Source: Trichoplax sp. H2
Lineage: Eukaryota
NCBI GenBank assembly: GCA_003344405.1
Contig: NOWV01000114.1
Coordinates: 186,001 to 245,065, forward strand
Reading direction: 5' to 3'
DNA length: 59,065 nt
This document shows positions 48,032 through 59,065 of this stretch, piece by piece. A model generated the notes under the pieces. The model was not told the DNA's origin, searched no databases, and saw only the letters and a program-made list of their open reading frames with translations. Positions within the stretch are counted from its first letter, which is position 1. The number at the start of each line of letters is the position of its first letter. Position numbers and translations under genes: made by a program.

Positions 48032-51000
48032 TTACCTTGTCGAATCGGGTAATTTAGATTTTTCCAAATGTGACGATTCTAAGCTTTCAATCTTTTCATA
48101 ATTCTCCTCCATTCCATCAGGACTGATATATTTAATACTTTTATCGGGAAAAACGACAATTTTCATTCCGTTTGGGTAGTGGATCTCGGCTTGGTTACTG
48201 TGATAGTAAATCGAATAGACTATATTATTTGAATAAACTTGAATGAAATTACATACCCACGTAAGTATGCTTAATATAAAGAAAGCTGCTGCTTACATAC
48301 TTCGCAAATCTGAGTATTTGGCGGCCATCGGTAAATGTAGTATGGTGTGTTTTCGTAGCTGCGTAATAATAAACCTGCAAAAAGATAAATTTTAGTTACC
48401 GTAGTCTTGAGATAGCGGCCAATAAATAGTTATTCTCTCTTTGACTTGTATTACCTCTTTGTCCGGGCTTATCTTTAGGATATCTCCATTGTATAAATAA
48501 TTAACAGATAAAGTCCCGTCAGCATTAATTTCTTTACTGCTTCCATCAGAGTAGTATATTACTCTACTACAATCGGTAAACGTTCTTTCTACAATTCCGT
48601 TTCCGTGTTGTACTTCTTTGTAATTGTCTGTTAAATTCACGATGTGAGCAACTGTCTCACTGGCTTCTTGCTCATAACTTTCAAGAACTGCACATTTTGG
48701 CGTGTTCTTAAGTTTATCTATTAAGGTCTTGTAATCGCAAATATTGTTCGATAACCTTATCAAAAGATTTAAATGATTAGAGAATCATATAATTCTGTTT
48801 AGATAAGTATCGGCATTTTAAAATCGATTAAATGCGTATTATATACTGTACATAAAATTCAAGAAAGTTACATTTTTTCGTCTTCAGGCCATTTCTTCAT
48901 TAACAAAGGTAGAGAATAGCACATATTATGAATGAAACATTTTAAATAATTGCGACTATAAACAAGTATGTACTAACCGTAGAGAAATTCGAACCGGTTG
49001 TAACTTTTGTCGGTTCTAATTAGAGAAAATAAAAATATCTGCTTCATATAGGTTCTAGATTACAAGACTTGGTGAGTACTTACCATTATGATCATAAATC
49101 TTTGTTTTTCTCATAACGATCTGATTATTTTGATTATGCAAGAATTCTCGGTTTTGACAATTTTTTAGTCGATATCTTTCTAGGATTACAATTTCTTTAC
49201 GTAATTCCTGGTTTTGCTTCTCAAGAGCGTCAATACGATTGCGCAAACGGGCTACACTTGCAGACCAACGTTTTTCACGATTGATTAACTCGTCCTCTAG
49301 TATCTGTTTCTGAAGATAGTACATTTATTGGTCAATCTTGGAATCACATTAATTGACTGACTTGCACTGAATAGTTACAATTTAAGCAAAACAGTTTATC
49401 TATTACGATATGAAAATTCAATTTTTAACACTGCTGATTACATTTAATTCTAGATATAGAAGATATGTATGAGATAATAAATGTTATAGCAACCCCCAAA
49501 AATAGTGATAGGGCTGTATACAGTACATAAAATCGGAACGATGAATTAACAAGTATGATACACAATAGCACGTTCTTAAAGTTATAATAAGTGGATCATA
49601 TTGCAACTTATACAAGCTTCCTTCGTAATACAAATTTATTATTACTATTTTCCGTAGTTAGTAATTCATTCTAATAATGTAACGCTTACAGTCGTACTTG
49701 AAGGGTAACGGTACATTGCAAAGATCCAGCCAGTTACACTTACAGCAAATAAAAGGGGGGCTGCAATCATGGTTATAACTACGATCACAAGCATTATGGA
49801 GCTGTACAGTTACTATGTAACTAACATTATTGTGTATGCCAGATTAATACAGTAAACGATTTACGCCATCGGACTGTTTACTTGGTCGCCTGGTGAGAGG
49901 ATATTGTATGTTACTTTTATTAGTTGACTTATATGCTGAATTAGAGTTTTTAAACGACGTTGAGGGTTTAGACACGAAAAGTCTAAATGACAAACGTTTA
50001 TCAAAACCATTCATAGGACTAGATTGTTTTTATTATAATGAGAGCTTAATTTAGCTAAGTTACTGTAATTCTACGAATAAAGTATAAATGTGTGTCAGTA
50101 GTGCTCCGTCTGCAGCGTGAACAGCGCGATTTATATTATTAAAAACATTATAAAGCATAAATGTGTGTCAGTAGTGCTCCGTCTGCAGCGTGAGCAGCGC
50201 CATTTATATTATTAAAAACATTATGTGGCAAAGCAAACGACAAACGAACGATCGAAGTAGCAGACCGATATATATACTGTATATATCGGAGATGATTTCA
50301 GAACCAAGGACGCAGACTGAATAGATTGGTCAAGCATATAATTCATTTTGTTTCGGCATTAGAACGGGCTCTAACAGGTTTAATCTATTAGTTCAGATTT
50401 TATAAAATATACTAGACGATAACCGAAATACCAATGCAAGGCTTGGTAGTGAAAGCTGTGTGTAAGAAATTTAACCTGTGTCGAAATAGGTTTTATAGCA
50501 CAGGTGGTTTTTAATAAAAGCAACAATCAGACGGACAATACGGTTTAATAATAAAATAAGGTGTGGATCCCTATACTAATTATCTAAATTGAGTAATTAT
50601 ACAGCAGTGGTGAATAGTTGAAGGTGATACGTTCAATGCTTTCCATACCTCCTTGGCGCTATATCAATAAGAATTACTACTGAGTTATTTACTTAGGTTC
50701 AATATGATGTTATGCACTCCTTACTTGTTGCACTAACAATTCTTTATCAGCGTTTTCAGATTTATTAAATGATGCTTTTGAATCTTTACGGTACTGTTCA
50801 TATATTCGACGTTGTTTACGTAGTTTCCGGATTTCATCCTCTTTTATGTCATTAAATTTCTTGATTTCCTGCGATTTCCAAATTAAGAAATCATCTCTCT
50901 CTTTCTTTATTGTCTCTTTCACCTGAGTCGAGATCAAGTACTAAGATATAGTCAAAGTATATTTCAAACACTTATTTCAGGGTTTAAGAATAATGGTAAA

Positions 51001-54000
51001 AATAAACCTTTGCAATTTCTTCTCTTTCATTATCCAATAGTCGTAATTTAAAGCGATGGTTTCCGATTAATTGGTTAAGCTGTTTTACTTTGTCATGGAT
51101 TAAAGAAACATTGTAACTTCGAGAAGAAAGTGATTCGCTACTTTCATGTGTAGCACTAAAGTTAACTTCTGCGGTAGTTTCGCCTTTTACATCGGATGAC
51201 AGTTCCGGAAATATTAGCAGTGAATCCATATTGGGTACATTCCTTGATTTGTTAGTATTGGAATTCTTTGAATTTTTGATGGCTTTCGATTGAAATTGTA
51301 AAAAACTATTTTCAGTGTTATCAATTTTATCGTTCCAGCTGTTATCATCGCCAAACTGTACGCTTGATTTTAAATCAACGAAAGTGTTAGCATTATTATC
51401 TTCCATTTCCTTATATTCATAGCTTTCATCAGTAGAAAACTTGCTACCTGTAGGTAAGAATGAATTATTTGACACCGTTTGTTATCTGAAATTTTAGTAG
51501 CTGTATGCTGTGTTTACTGTTTGAGGTAAATGTTTTATCTATAGGAACTAACAATATTGACACCAGTACATTACCACATTCGTCGTTTCTTTCTTCTGTA
51601 TCGTTATAATTATCCACGATATCGTCTTCATCAAGGTATAACTCGTCGTCATTTGCTTTTCCAGATTTCAAATGTTGTAGGAGAGATCCTAGTGGCCCTT
51701 CCAACATTTGCATATTAGTACATTCCTTTTTCTCATCTGCTCCTTTGCTTATCAATTTTTCATTCCGAACTTGTTCTTTACAGTACATGATTTAATAATG
51801 GTGTTAGTAGCTGACGTAACACAAATGAGGGAATTTTCAAATCGAATATACTATGGTGGTTGTCTGAGATTTTAAATAAATTTATATGATCTTATATTTA
51901 TTTTATTTATAATCAAAAGTACCTGTTTTAGTTTTATTCTCTTCATGACTATTGCAATCAAAACCTTGTCTCAGAGCTTGAGAAATATTAGAGGAGACTG
52001 ACATGGTTTCTATTGCTTCCTCTAAATTTACAAATTCTTCTAATTCTTGTTCTTCCATCTACAGAGAAGAAGTAACGAGTAAATTCGAGACTAGAAGAGA
52101 CTTAATTTTAGCAAATTCTCTCGGCCACAAGGTGTAAAATTTATTACAGTAGGGTAATAATACCACACCGTTCTTTTCTCTTCCCACGCTTTTTCGAGCG
52201 TAAAGGACAAATGATTTAACATGCTTGAAGACAGACCAGCTTTGTCATAATTATCATCGGCACAGTCAACGACATATTCATTAGTGATCGACTTTGCAAT
52301 ACTTTCTTGGGTTTGGAGTAAAATTTTTCTTTCTGTAGAATCTGAGATTTCAGAGTTCTTGGTGGGAGACACTTGAATTGTACCATCTACTCTCTTGATA
52401 TCTTTATTAGATTCAGTATTTGCAAGGTGATTGCTTTTGATTTTAAGGGGTCTTCTATATTTCTAAATTATCGGTATCAATCTGTTTAGTACGTAAGTAC
52501 ATGAACTTCGTTATATGTACAGTAATGTGCTGTATCATTAGTATTACATTTACAGGTGTAGTATAGCTAGCACATCTACTTAAAAGTATGCGTATGTCTA
52601 TCGTAAACAGGGCCAATAACTGGTATTGTACGCGTGAATTCGTAATATGCGCGTAATAAAAGCTTGAGTCGTTACCTTGTTATAAAAGCGAGCAGATCCT
52701 TCGCCTTTCCTTAAGAAAGGTTTTTTGAGCGGAGAGTGTGTAATAGGGTCATCAGAGTACCCCTACAGAGACAATTAAAACAGAAGGCCAAATGATTCCA
52801 TAAGTATCAATACACTTGCATAACACCATGGCTATAGTTGAAATTTTAGTAAATACCGAAGATAACGAAATATAGTACGATATTTATACAACTTATACCT
52901 GCTTTTGAAGCTCTGATGCTACAAGCTCTTCAAAAGATTTCACAGCTTGAATATTGCGTGATAACATAAGTATCATGTTCTTGTGCTCTTACACCGTACG
53001 TACGCGTATGTACTGTATTTAGGAATTTTGATTTAAGAATACAATTTACCTTTTTGTCCAATACCGGGCCTTATAGGGCGTTCGTCATCCATAAGCTAAG
53101 CAGAATTGGAATTATTAAACTTTTCGCTCGAATAATGTCCATCCATAACTGCAAACTGCAGTAGCCTCTATGCTAATGTGACTACACTTGCAGGCCGATA
53201 AATTCTACAAGTTACACCAAATTATTGATTCTTCAAATATAGTACCTACGAGCTTTACTGTATAGTAGCGCTTACAGTAGCTGTATTATTAATCTAACTA
53301 GCTCATTTCGCGCCACCTTGCTGGCGGTTGTACTGTTAACACGTTTACCATTTACGAATTATATGGACACAAGCAACAATTTTGGACAGTATTTCCTTAG
53401 GATTAAAAGAACATATTAGGAATGTTATTGAGTTACTCAAGTTCGTACAGTACATACAGTAGTTGAACATACGCTGTACGCGTACTGTACAATATCAAAT
53501 ACGATTATACGTACGTACAAGCGTACATTGCGTTTGCCTCTAGCAAAAGTAAAACTAAAAGTATCAAATTAGTTATTACGAATTATCCTTGGCCGAACCA
53601 TGTATTGATATACGCGCAAATGTAGAAATAATTACTTTATAGATAGTGAGCATCTCACCTCTTATTACAGTATGATTGTAGGGTTTATTTCGTACTGCCG
53701 AGATGTACAGTACAGTATGTACTGTACATATCGTTCACGAAATCCGAATGCAACAAGTTACATTCTCGTTACAGGACGTTGTATAATTTGCATATTATAA
53801 ATTTATAATTCTGCACATTTCGAAAATCTTAGTTGATTACAAATAGGATACAGTAGGTCGGGTTACATATAGTCCTAAGTTAGTTTAAGCTTGTGAAGGC
53901 CATACATCGTATTATATCACATACGTACATGAAGTATTTGATTCAACCGGTAATGGCTGGCCAGTTTCATACTAATTTCTGTAAGTTTTCGTGATATATA

Positions 54001-54362
54001 TACGCGTATTTGGATGGAAAATAAAGTCTGCAGTAAATGCTACCTGGAAATTTTGTTGCCGAGAGTAGAACATGTATATTTGCCATGCAAGATGCATCAT
54101 TACATTAGTTTTGTACGAATATATATGATTGTATTTGCAACATAAGCGTATTCTCAGATAATATGCGCTTGGTGTGCATTATTACAGACCCTGTATGGGT
54201 GAATGAATATACCGTACTGTACGACACTGCATTCATTCTTACATTGGTATCAATCTCGGTAGGATCTTTGGTTGATTCGTAGTTTTCTTGTTCTCCAGCG
54301 TGCTTCTTGCATGGAACTTCGAGCTGTTGCTGATTTAACAGCTCTTGTTGTGATTGCTGCAT
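48032..54362 (-). CDS. CENPJ: Centriole assembly protein CENPJ/CPAP/SAS-4, ~15 exons, ~808 aa
   Basis: Exons 54362-54213, 53095-53050, 52945-52899, 52762-52676, 52462-52169, 52058-51923, 51775-51575, 51447-51008, 50922-50725, 49309-49084, 49015-48978, 48894-48872, 48755-48455, 48374-48301, 48197-48032 (2427 nt, in frame). Tubulin-binding PN2-3-like DDERPIRPGIGQKAVKSFEELV, KKPFLRKGEGSARF, ELEEFVNLEE, coiled coil REKRWSASVARLRNRIDALEKQNQELRKEI, and TCP/G-box repeats (YNGD, YYYAATKTHHTTFTDG, HYPNG, FPD). First and small internal exons are less certain. Confidence 0.85.
50077..50222 (+). repeat. 73-bp direct tandem duplication in a CENPJ intron
   Basis: Copies 50077-50149 and 50150-50222 (ataaag[t/c]ataaatgtgtgtcagtagtgctccgtctgcagcgtga[a/g]cagcgc[g/c]atttatattattaaaaacatt), 3 mismatches. 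Confidence 0.92.
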
Positions 54363-54876
54363 TTTGATTAATTAAGAGTAAATGCGAAATTACAGTGAGC
54401 TAGTTGTTAGTCGTTAAACAGTTGAATCTTAAAAAACCCTGATAAGAGTGTAATCAGCTACTTTAAGTTCTGCTTTATTAACGTACAGTACAGTAAAATA
54501 TTCAAGTGATCTGATAGCGAAATTTACTCTTTATCAATACTGTACGATGCAATCGTTATCGTTTATTGGTTATATTAGTTATTATAATTAATTAATTATA
54601 ATTACAGTATTATTATTAGTTATAATGCTCTGTACTGTATGTACTGTGATTCGATTCTGTCTGAGTTCTTAAAGAATGCTTACAAACGAACTGACAGTTA
54701 TACTGTATACAGCAAACACGGATTACTCAAAAATTGTATGAAAAATGGACTGCACATATGCGTAAATTAGCATTTGACAATACACTACACAGAACTCCAA
54801 GAAGCAGATATCAACTTGTGAAGGATTGAAAAAAAGTTATACCGCCTAAATTTAAGTGCAGCATAAAACAGTTGCA

Positions 54877-55029
54877 CAGTACAGTACAGTATACCGTACA
54901 GTGTACTGTACAGTACAATGTACAGTATCTCTACTGAACGCGCAAAGTACTGTACAGTACTGTACAGTAGTGATCGGTTGTTTGAGATGTCCTATACACT
55001 GTACAGTACAGCACAGTACAGTACTGTAC
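54877..55029. repeat. TACAG/CTGTA array in the divergent CENPJ-CDK2AP1 intergenic region
   Basis: cagtacagtacagt...gtactgtacagtactgtacagt between start codons at 54362 and 55242. Confidence 0.8.
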
Positions 55030-55241
55030 GAATCTTATTACAGAGGGTCAGAGGCATTTCCTCTGTTATTCGTAGTCATTGATAGCTAAAGAGGACTCCG
55101 GCTTTTCTTCTTTCGTCAAGTTTAAACGATTGTTTACTATCTTTCCATTATACGTATATTAAAAATCAAGTAAAGCACATTACTTCATTTCTCACCTTAA
55201 AAGCGGTAATGTACAGTACATTGAACGTGTAGTTGGACAGC

Positions 55242-56111
55242 ATGTCTGTTGACAAAAATTTAGTTGAATATTCTGCGGAAGCATGCATCAAACCTGTGAC
55301 TGAAGACAAAATGGAGTTTATGGCACAGTATCATAAGCTGGTAGAGTTAATAAAAGACATCGAACGTGAAGTTAAGCCCATGTATGCCGGAAACAAGAAC
55401 TCAGCTGAAACGGTGAAAAAGGGTAATACATCTTAAATTTAAAATTATTTTAGATTAGGAGTCGGATATTACCATTGATCCGATTCGCTTAAAAATTTCT
55501 TTTATTACAATGCGCCTGATCCATTATAATAATAACTGTAGCTGTAACCCTTAAGTTAAGTCTGTACTAGCATAATTATACATTATGTACTTACGCGCAC
55601 ATCTTTTAACTTCTTGGATAAGACCTGATGGTTGATTGACAGGTCCCTGTACTACTGTAGAGCACTAAAAGAATTCTTCATACAAATGCGTACTTTTATC
55701 ATTTGTCTGGAGATCAGCATTATCTAAAACTAAATACTTAAAAACTTACAATGTGTCAATTTATGTATACGAATATATATATATTATCAGCATACTGACA
55801 ACGACTCAAGGTATTGATAACCTAGATTTCCAAATATTCATTAGCTCCTTACGATCATATAGACTTATTCATCAGGATTTTAATACTTGATTAATTAGTA
55901 GTGCAAAAAATTACCAATAAAGATCTATAAATGCAGTTCTAATGATTTCATAATAGCTAAAAACTATAAGATTTAGATTTGCACGGTTTGACATTATTTA
56001 ATATTTATCTGTATAATTGCTTTACCATCCACAGGTTTGGGTTCTGCAAGAATGTTAGCCCGAGAGTGTTACCAACTGAATTTAAACTTGTACAAGCAAA
56101 ATCATTGCTGA
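55242..56111 (+). CDS. CDK2AP1: CDK2-associated protein 1/2 family (DOC-1, NuRD subunit), 2 exons, ~85 aa
   Basis: Exons 55242-55422 and 56035-56111. QYHKLVELIKDIEREVKPMYAGNKNSAETVKKGLGSARMLAREC aligns with the CDK2AP family C-terminal domain (YxxLLxxIEELGKEIRPTYAGSKxxxERLKRGIxHARxLVREC). Confidence 0.85.
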
Positions 56112-57208
56112 ATGAAAGTTCACAAGATTTATTATCGGAATACTGTAATAGAAACAGTAATATTTTACTTAAAAGTTCTCAACGGTTTAACATGTATCGG
56201 CCTAATTAGGTTATGATGCTTGCTGTCCTGGGTTATATGATGCAGATGGATTACAGAGTTGTAATTGCACTGTAAATAGTAGTGTGAAGCAGATCTTTTT
56301 GCTCGTAAATAGGATGATGAATTAGTGGTCTTTGAAAGCTGAGTGTACCTGCGTACGAGTAAAACCGTCTTTTGAAAATAATAAGTAGGGATAAGTTAAA
56401 CGTAGGTGTCATTTTACTCTATTTCTACCATACAGCGCTTATTCAAAGATCTGCCGCATTAAACGCGGAATATGTCGAATTTTGATACAATGAACTGAAA
56501 TGAACCTCATGCCTATCAACATCATGCGAACTCTTCATTTAGCGTATGCGTAGGTGCTTTATTGACCCGATTTATTATACTCTTGTAAGCTGTTATGCTA
56601 CCTTAAAACTCTTTAATAAACAGTACACAAGTTTTAATTGCAGACTTATTTGACATAATCATTCTAATACCAAAAGCTGATGATTCCTAAATTTAATTTT
56701 AAAGGATGATAAATTCAAGTATTAGGCAATATCTGAATGAATTTAAGAATCGATGGATATAATTAATAATTAATTATAATTCATACTGAGTATAGGGCTT
56801 GAAACAGACTACGCGTAGACAGCACTGAGTTTCTGTATTCATCAGTACCGAACGCATAACCGTAGGGTTTAATGATAATGTTAGATAGCAAAATTTTACT
56901 TCTTTATTTACGGTACATACAGTAGTAGTACAAATAAAATATTAAACATTGCATTATTAAACTATTTATATTGCATTAAGATCATCGAAAGTGGCATACT
57001 GCCCAAATTGTGGCATCAGCGAAAAGAGAAATTGTTGTCTAGGACCGTGATAGTTTAACTCTGCGATTTTGTTTACGCGCATCATAGCAAACTTTTCCAT
57101 ATATAAGATTGGAGTTAGCATTTATGGTGTTTATATTACATTAGAATTACTGGAATACAGTCACATGCCATATTATTTAGTCATTCATTAAAAGGAATTA
57201 TATTACTG

Positions 57209-58198
57209 TTAATCGATGGCTTTATTGTCTTTCAATATTTCTAATTTTCTTTTACTTCGTATTTTGGAGGTCATTTTCTTTCTTTTCTGCTTAAGAAATT
57301 TTTTTTCTTGTGAATTGTTTGAACAATTTTGCGAAGCTTCTATTTTGTCTTTCAGTAATTGACGAGCTATTATCCTGTTGTGATATTGGGATCTACTTTG
57401 ATGGCACTACAGAGAGAAGGCGGAGATGATATAGAATGTTATGATGAAAGTTAGCAGGCGATTACAGTAATAATAATATTTAATTATACAGTACTGTACT
57501 CGTATAGTAACGCAGAGCAAGAGGAGGGTAGCATTAGGGACTAGTACTCTTTAATAGTCTCCTGCGGAGTTGCGGTATGTCGATGCAATTATAGTGTAGT
57601 AGTATTTTAGATACGATATAGCATAACATTTCACTTAGTTAATTGGTAATAAGATTAACATCTATAGTAAGTACACAGTTGTCATAAAATGCAAGCTATT
57701 TCGAGCTACAATATTACTGTACAGTACAGTGTACAGTACCGTAGTGTAGGAATATTACGGTATACAGTATTACTGTATAATCATAATAATAATTATAATG
57801 TACAGTACTGTATGCTGAATGCACAGTTATTGTACTGTACAGTAAAATGAGATTTAGATAGCTAACAGATAGATAAAGGTAATAAAAAAACAGGCAGCAT
57901 CTGGTTATCATAATTATCTAAGATTTCGGCTAACCTTAATCACAATGCCAGTCGGCTTATGTTTCAATATAACACAATTTGACGATTTATTTACTTTCTG
58001 TCCACCAGGCCCAGAGCCTTTCACAAAACTCTCTTCGATATCCTTTGTAGGAATTTGGCTTTGTGCGTAATAGTTTGTATACCAAGATCCACCATGAAGT
58101 AGATTACTGAACATAGTCGTAATGTGTATTATTTTTGAATTACCTTGTAAAATTTGTGATACTCTGTTGTATTGCTGACTAAGTATGAAACTTTGCAT
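57209..58198 (-). CDS. MTRFR: Mitochondrial translation release factor in rescue (C12orf65), 2 exons, ~153 aa
   Basis: Exons 58198-57935 and 57406-57209. DIEESFVKGSGPGGQKVNKSSNCVILKHKPTGIVIK|CHQSRSQYHNRIIAR (GGQ domain) and a Lys/Arg-rich C-terminal tail. Confidence 0.93.
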
Positions 58199-58295
58199 GT
58201 CGTTTCCTCTTAAATACTACAAGTCTGCCATAAATCTCGCGTTACCTCTACACTCTCAGTATGTTACTCCGAACATGATGGGCATTTACCGTATG

Positions 58296-58483
58296 GTACT
58301 GTACAGTACAGTATGGTACAGTACAGTACTAGTGTCTGTACTGTACTGTACTTTATACTGTTCTGTACAGACGCAGTACCGTACACTACGGTACGCGAGT
58401 CGGACGGACCGACTCACCTGTTGGCTTAGCTGTATCAGCCTGTATGATATTACTGGCAGCATTGTAGTACTGTACTGTACTGT
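58296..58483. repeat. TACAG/CTGTA array in the divergent MTRFR-FN3K intergenic region (a further array at 57715-57843 in the MTRFR intron)
   Basis: gtactgtacagtacagta...gtactgtactgtac between start codons at 58198 and 58627. Confidence 0.8.
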
Positions 58484-58626
58484 GGTGCGAAAAAATTCAG
58501 TGTGACTCCGGTTAGAGGTGTATTAGGTTATCACGACAAAGATGTCATAGTTTATACTATAAACTTTAAACTTTATTGTCTGATATAAATTTGTTAAAGA
58601 GATCTCCGCCTCTCACAGTCGGAAAT

Positions 58627-58996
58627 ATGGAGGATAAACTTAAAAAGGAACTGCAGACGAATACTTTAGAAGTCGTAGACGATATTAGTGGCGGCTGTAT
58701 AAGTAGTAGCAAAAGTTACCTAACTGACTCTGGAAGAGTCTTTATCAAATTCAACAAGAAAGAACATGTACGTTCATTTATTTCATTCTCTTATTACATT
58801 ACTTGATATTTTATCTGGATTAAGTGAACAGGATCAATTCTGGCGAATGAATTCTGATCCAAATTTGAAAGTGACTTACGGATATATTCGCAAAATACGT
58901 TCTTATTTGAAGGCTGCCAGAATGTTCAACGGCGAAATGGAAGGTTTATTGGCGATCGTAAACACTCAAACTATTAGAGTGCCTAAGCCGATCAAG
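58627..58996 (+). CDS. Fructosamine/ketosamine-3-kinase family (FN3K/FN3KRP), first two exons; continues beyond window
   Basis: Exons 58627-58767 (MEDKLKKEL...SGGCISSSKSYLTDSGRVFIKFNKKEH) and 58913-58996 (AARMFNGEMEGLLAIVNTQTIRVPKPIK). GGCIS P-loop and MFxGE motif of the FN3K family. Confidence 0.9.
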
Positions 58997-59065
58997 GTGA
59001 CAATGAATGAAATGGTATACAATTACTGGGCCTTACTGTAATACAGAAATTACTAAATGTACTGT

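Overview
Eukaryotic (animal) genomic DNA: AT-rich, gene-dense, mostly short GT-AG introns, one 20-N gap. The composition, compact introns and ubiquitous TACAG/CTGTA arrays suggest a placozoan (Trichoplax-like) genome; this is inference, not proven here. I reconstructed 12 spliced protein-coding genes by hand. In order: a syntaxin-1-like gene (minus, runs off the left end), a second complete syntaxin-1-like gene (minus), Ran (+), SERCA Ca2+-ATPase (+, 24 coding exons), SAMD15-like (minus), VPS37 (minus), ZNHIT3 (+), bleomycin hydrolase (+), CENPJ/SAS-4 (minus), CDK2AP1 (+), MTRFR/C12orf65 (minus) and fructosamine-3-kinase family (+, runs off the right end). I saw no rRNA, tRNA, CRISPR or transposon ORF. 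Most notable observations: (1) SERCA can only be completed through a minor-spliceosome AT-AC intron (22090-22444); (2) the complete syntaxin has a ~40-aa Gly/Ser/Thr tail after its transmembrane helix; (3) palindrome-forming TACAG arrays mark almost every gene 5' end, and one orphan cluster hints at an unannotated transcript; (4) syntaxin-Ran (head-to-head) and CDK2AP1-MTRFR (tail-to-tail) match, from recall, neighbour pairs on human 12q24; (5) the SAS-4 TCP domain looks C-terminally shortened. Exon coordinates come from manual reading without transcript evidence.
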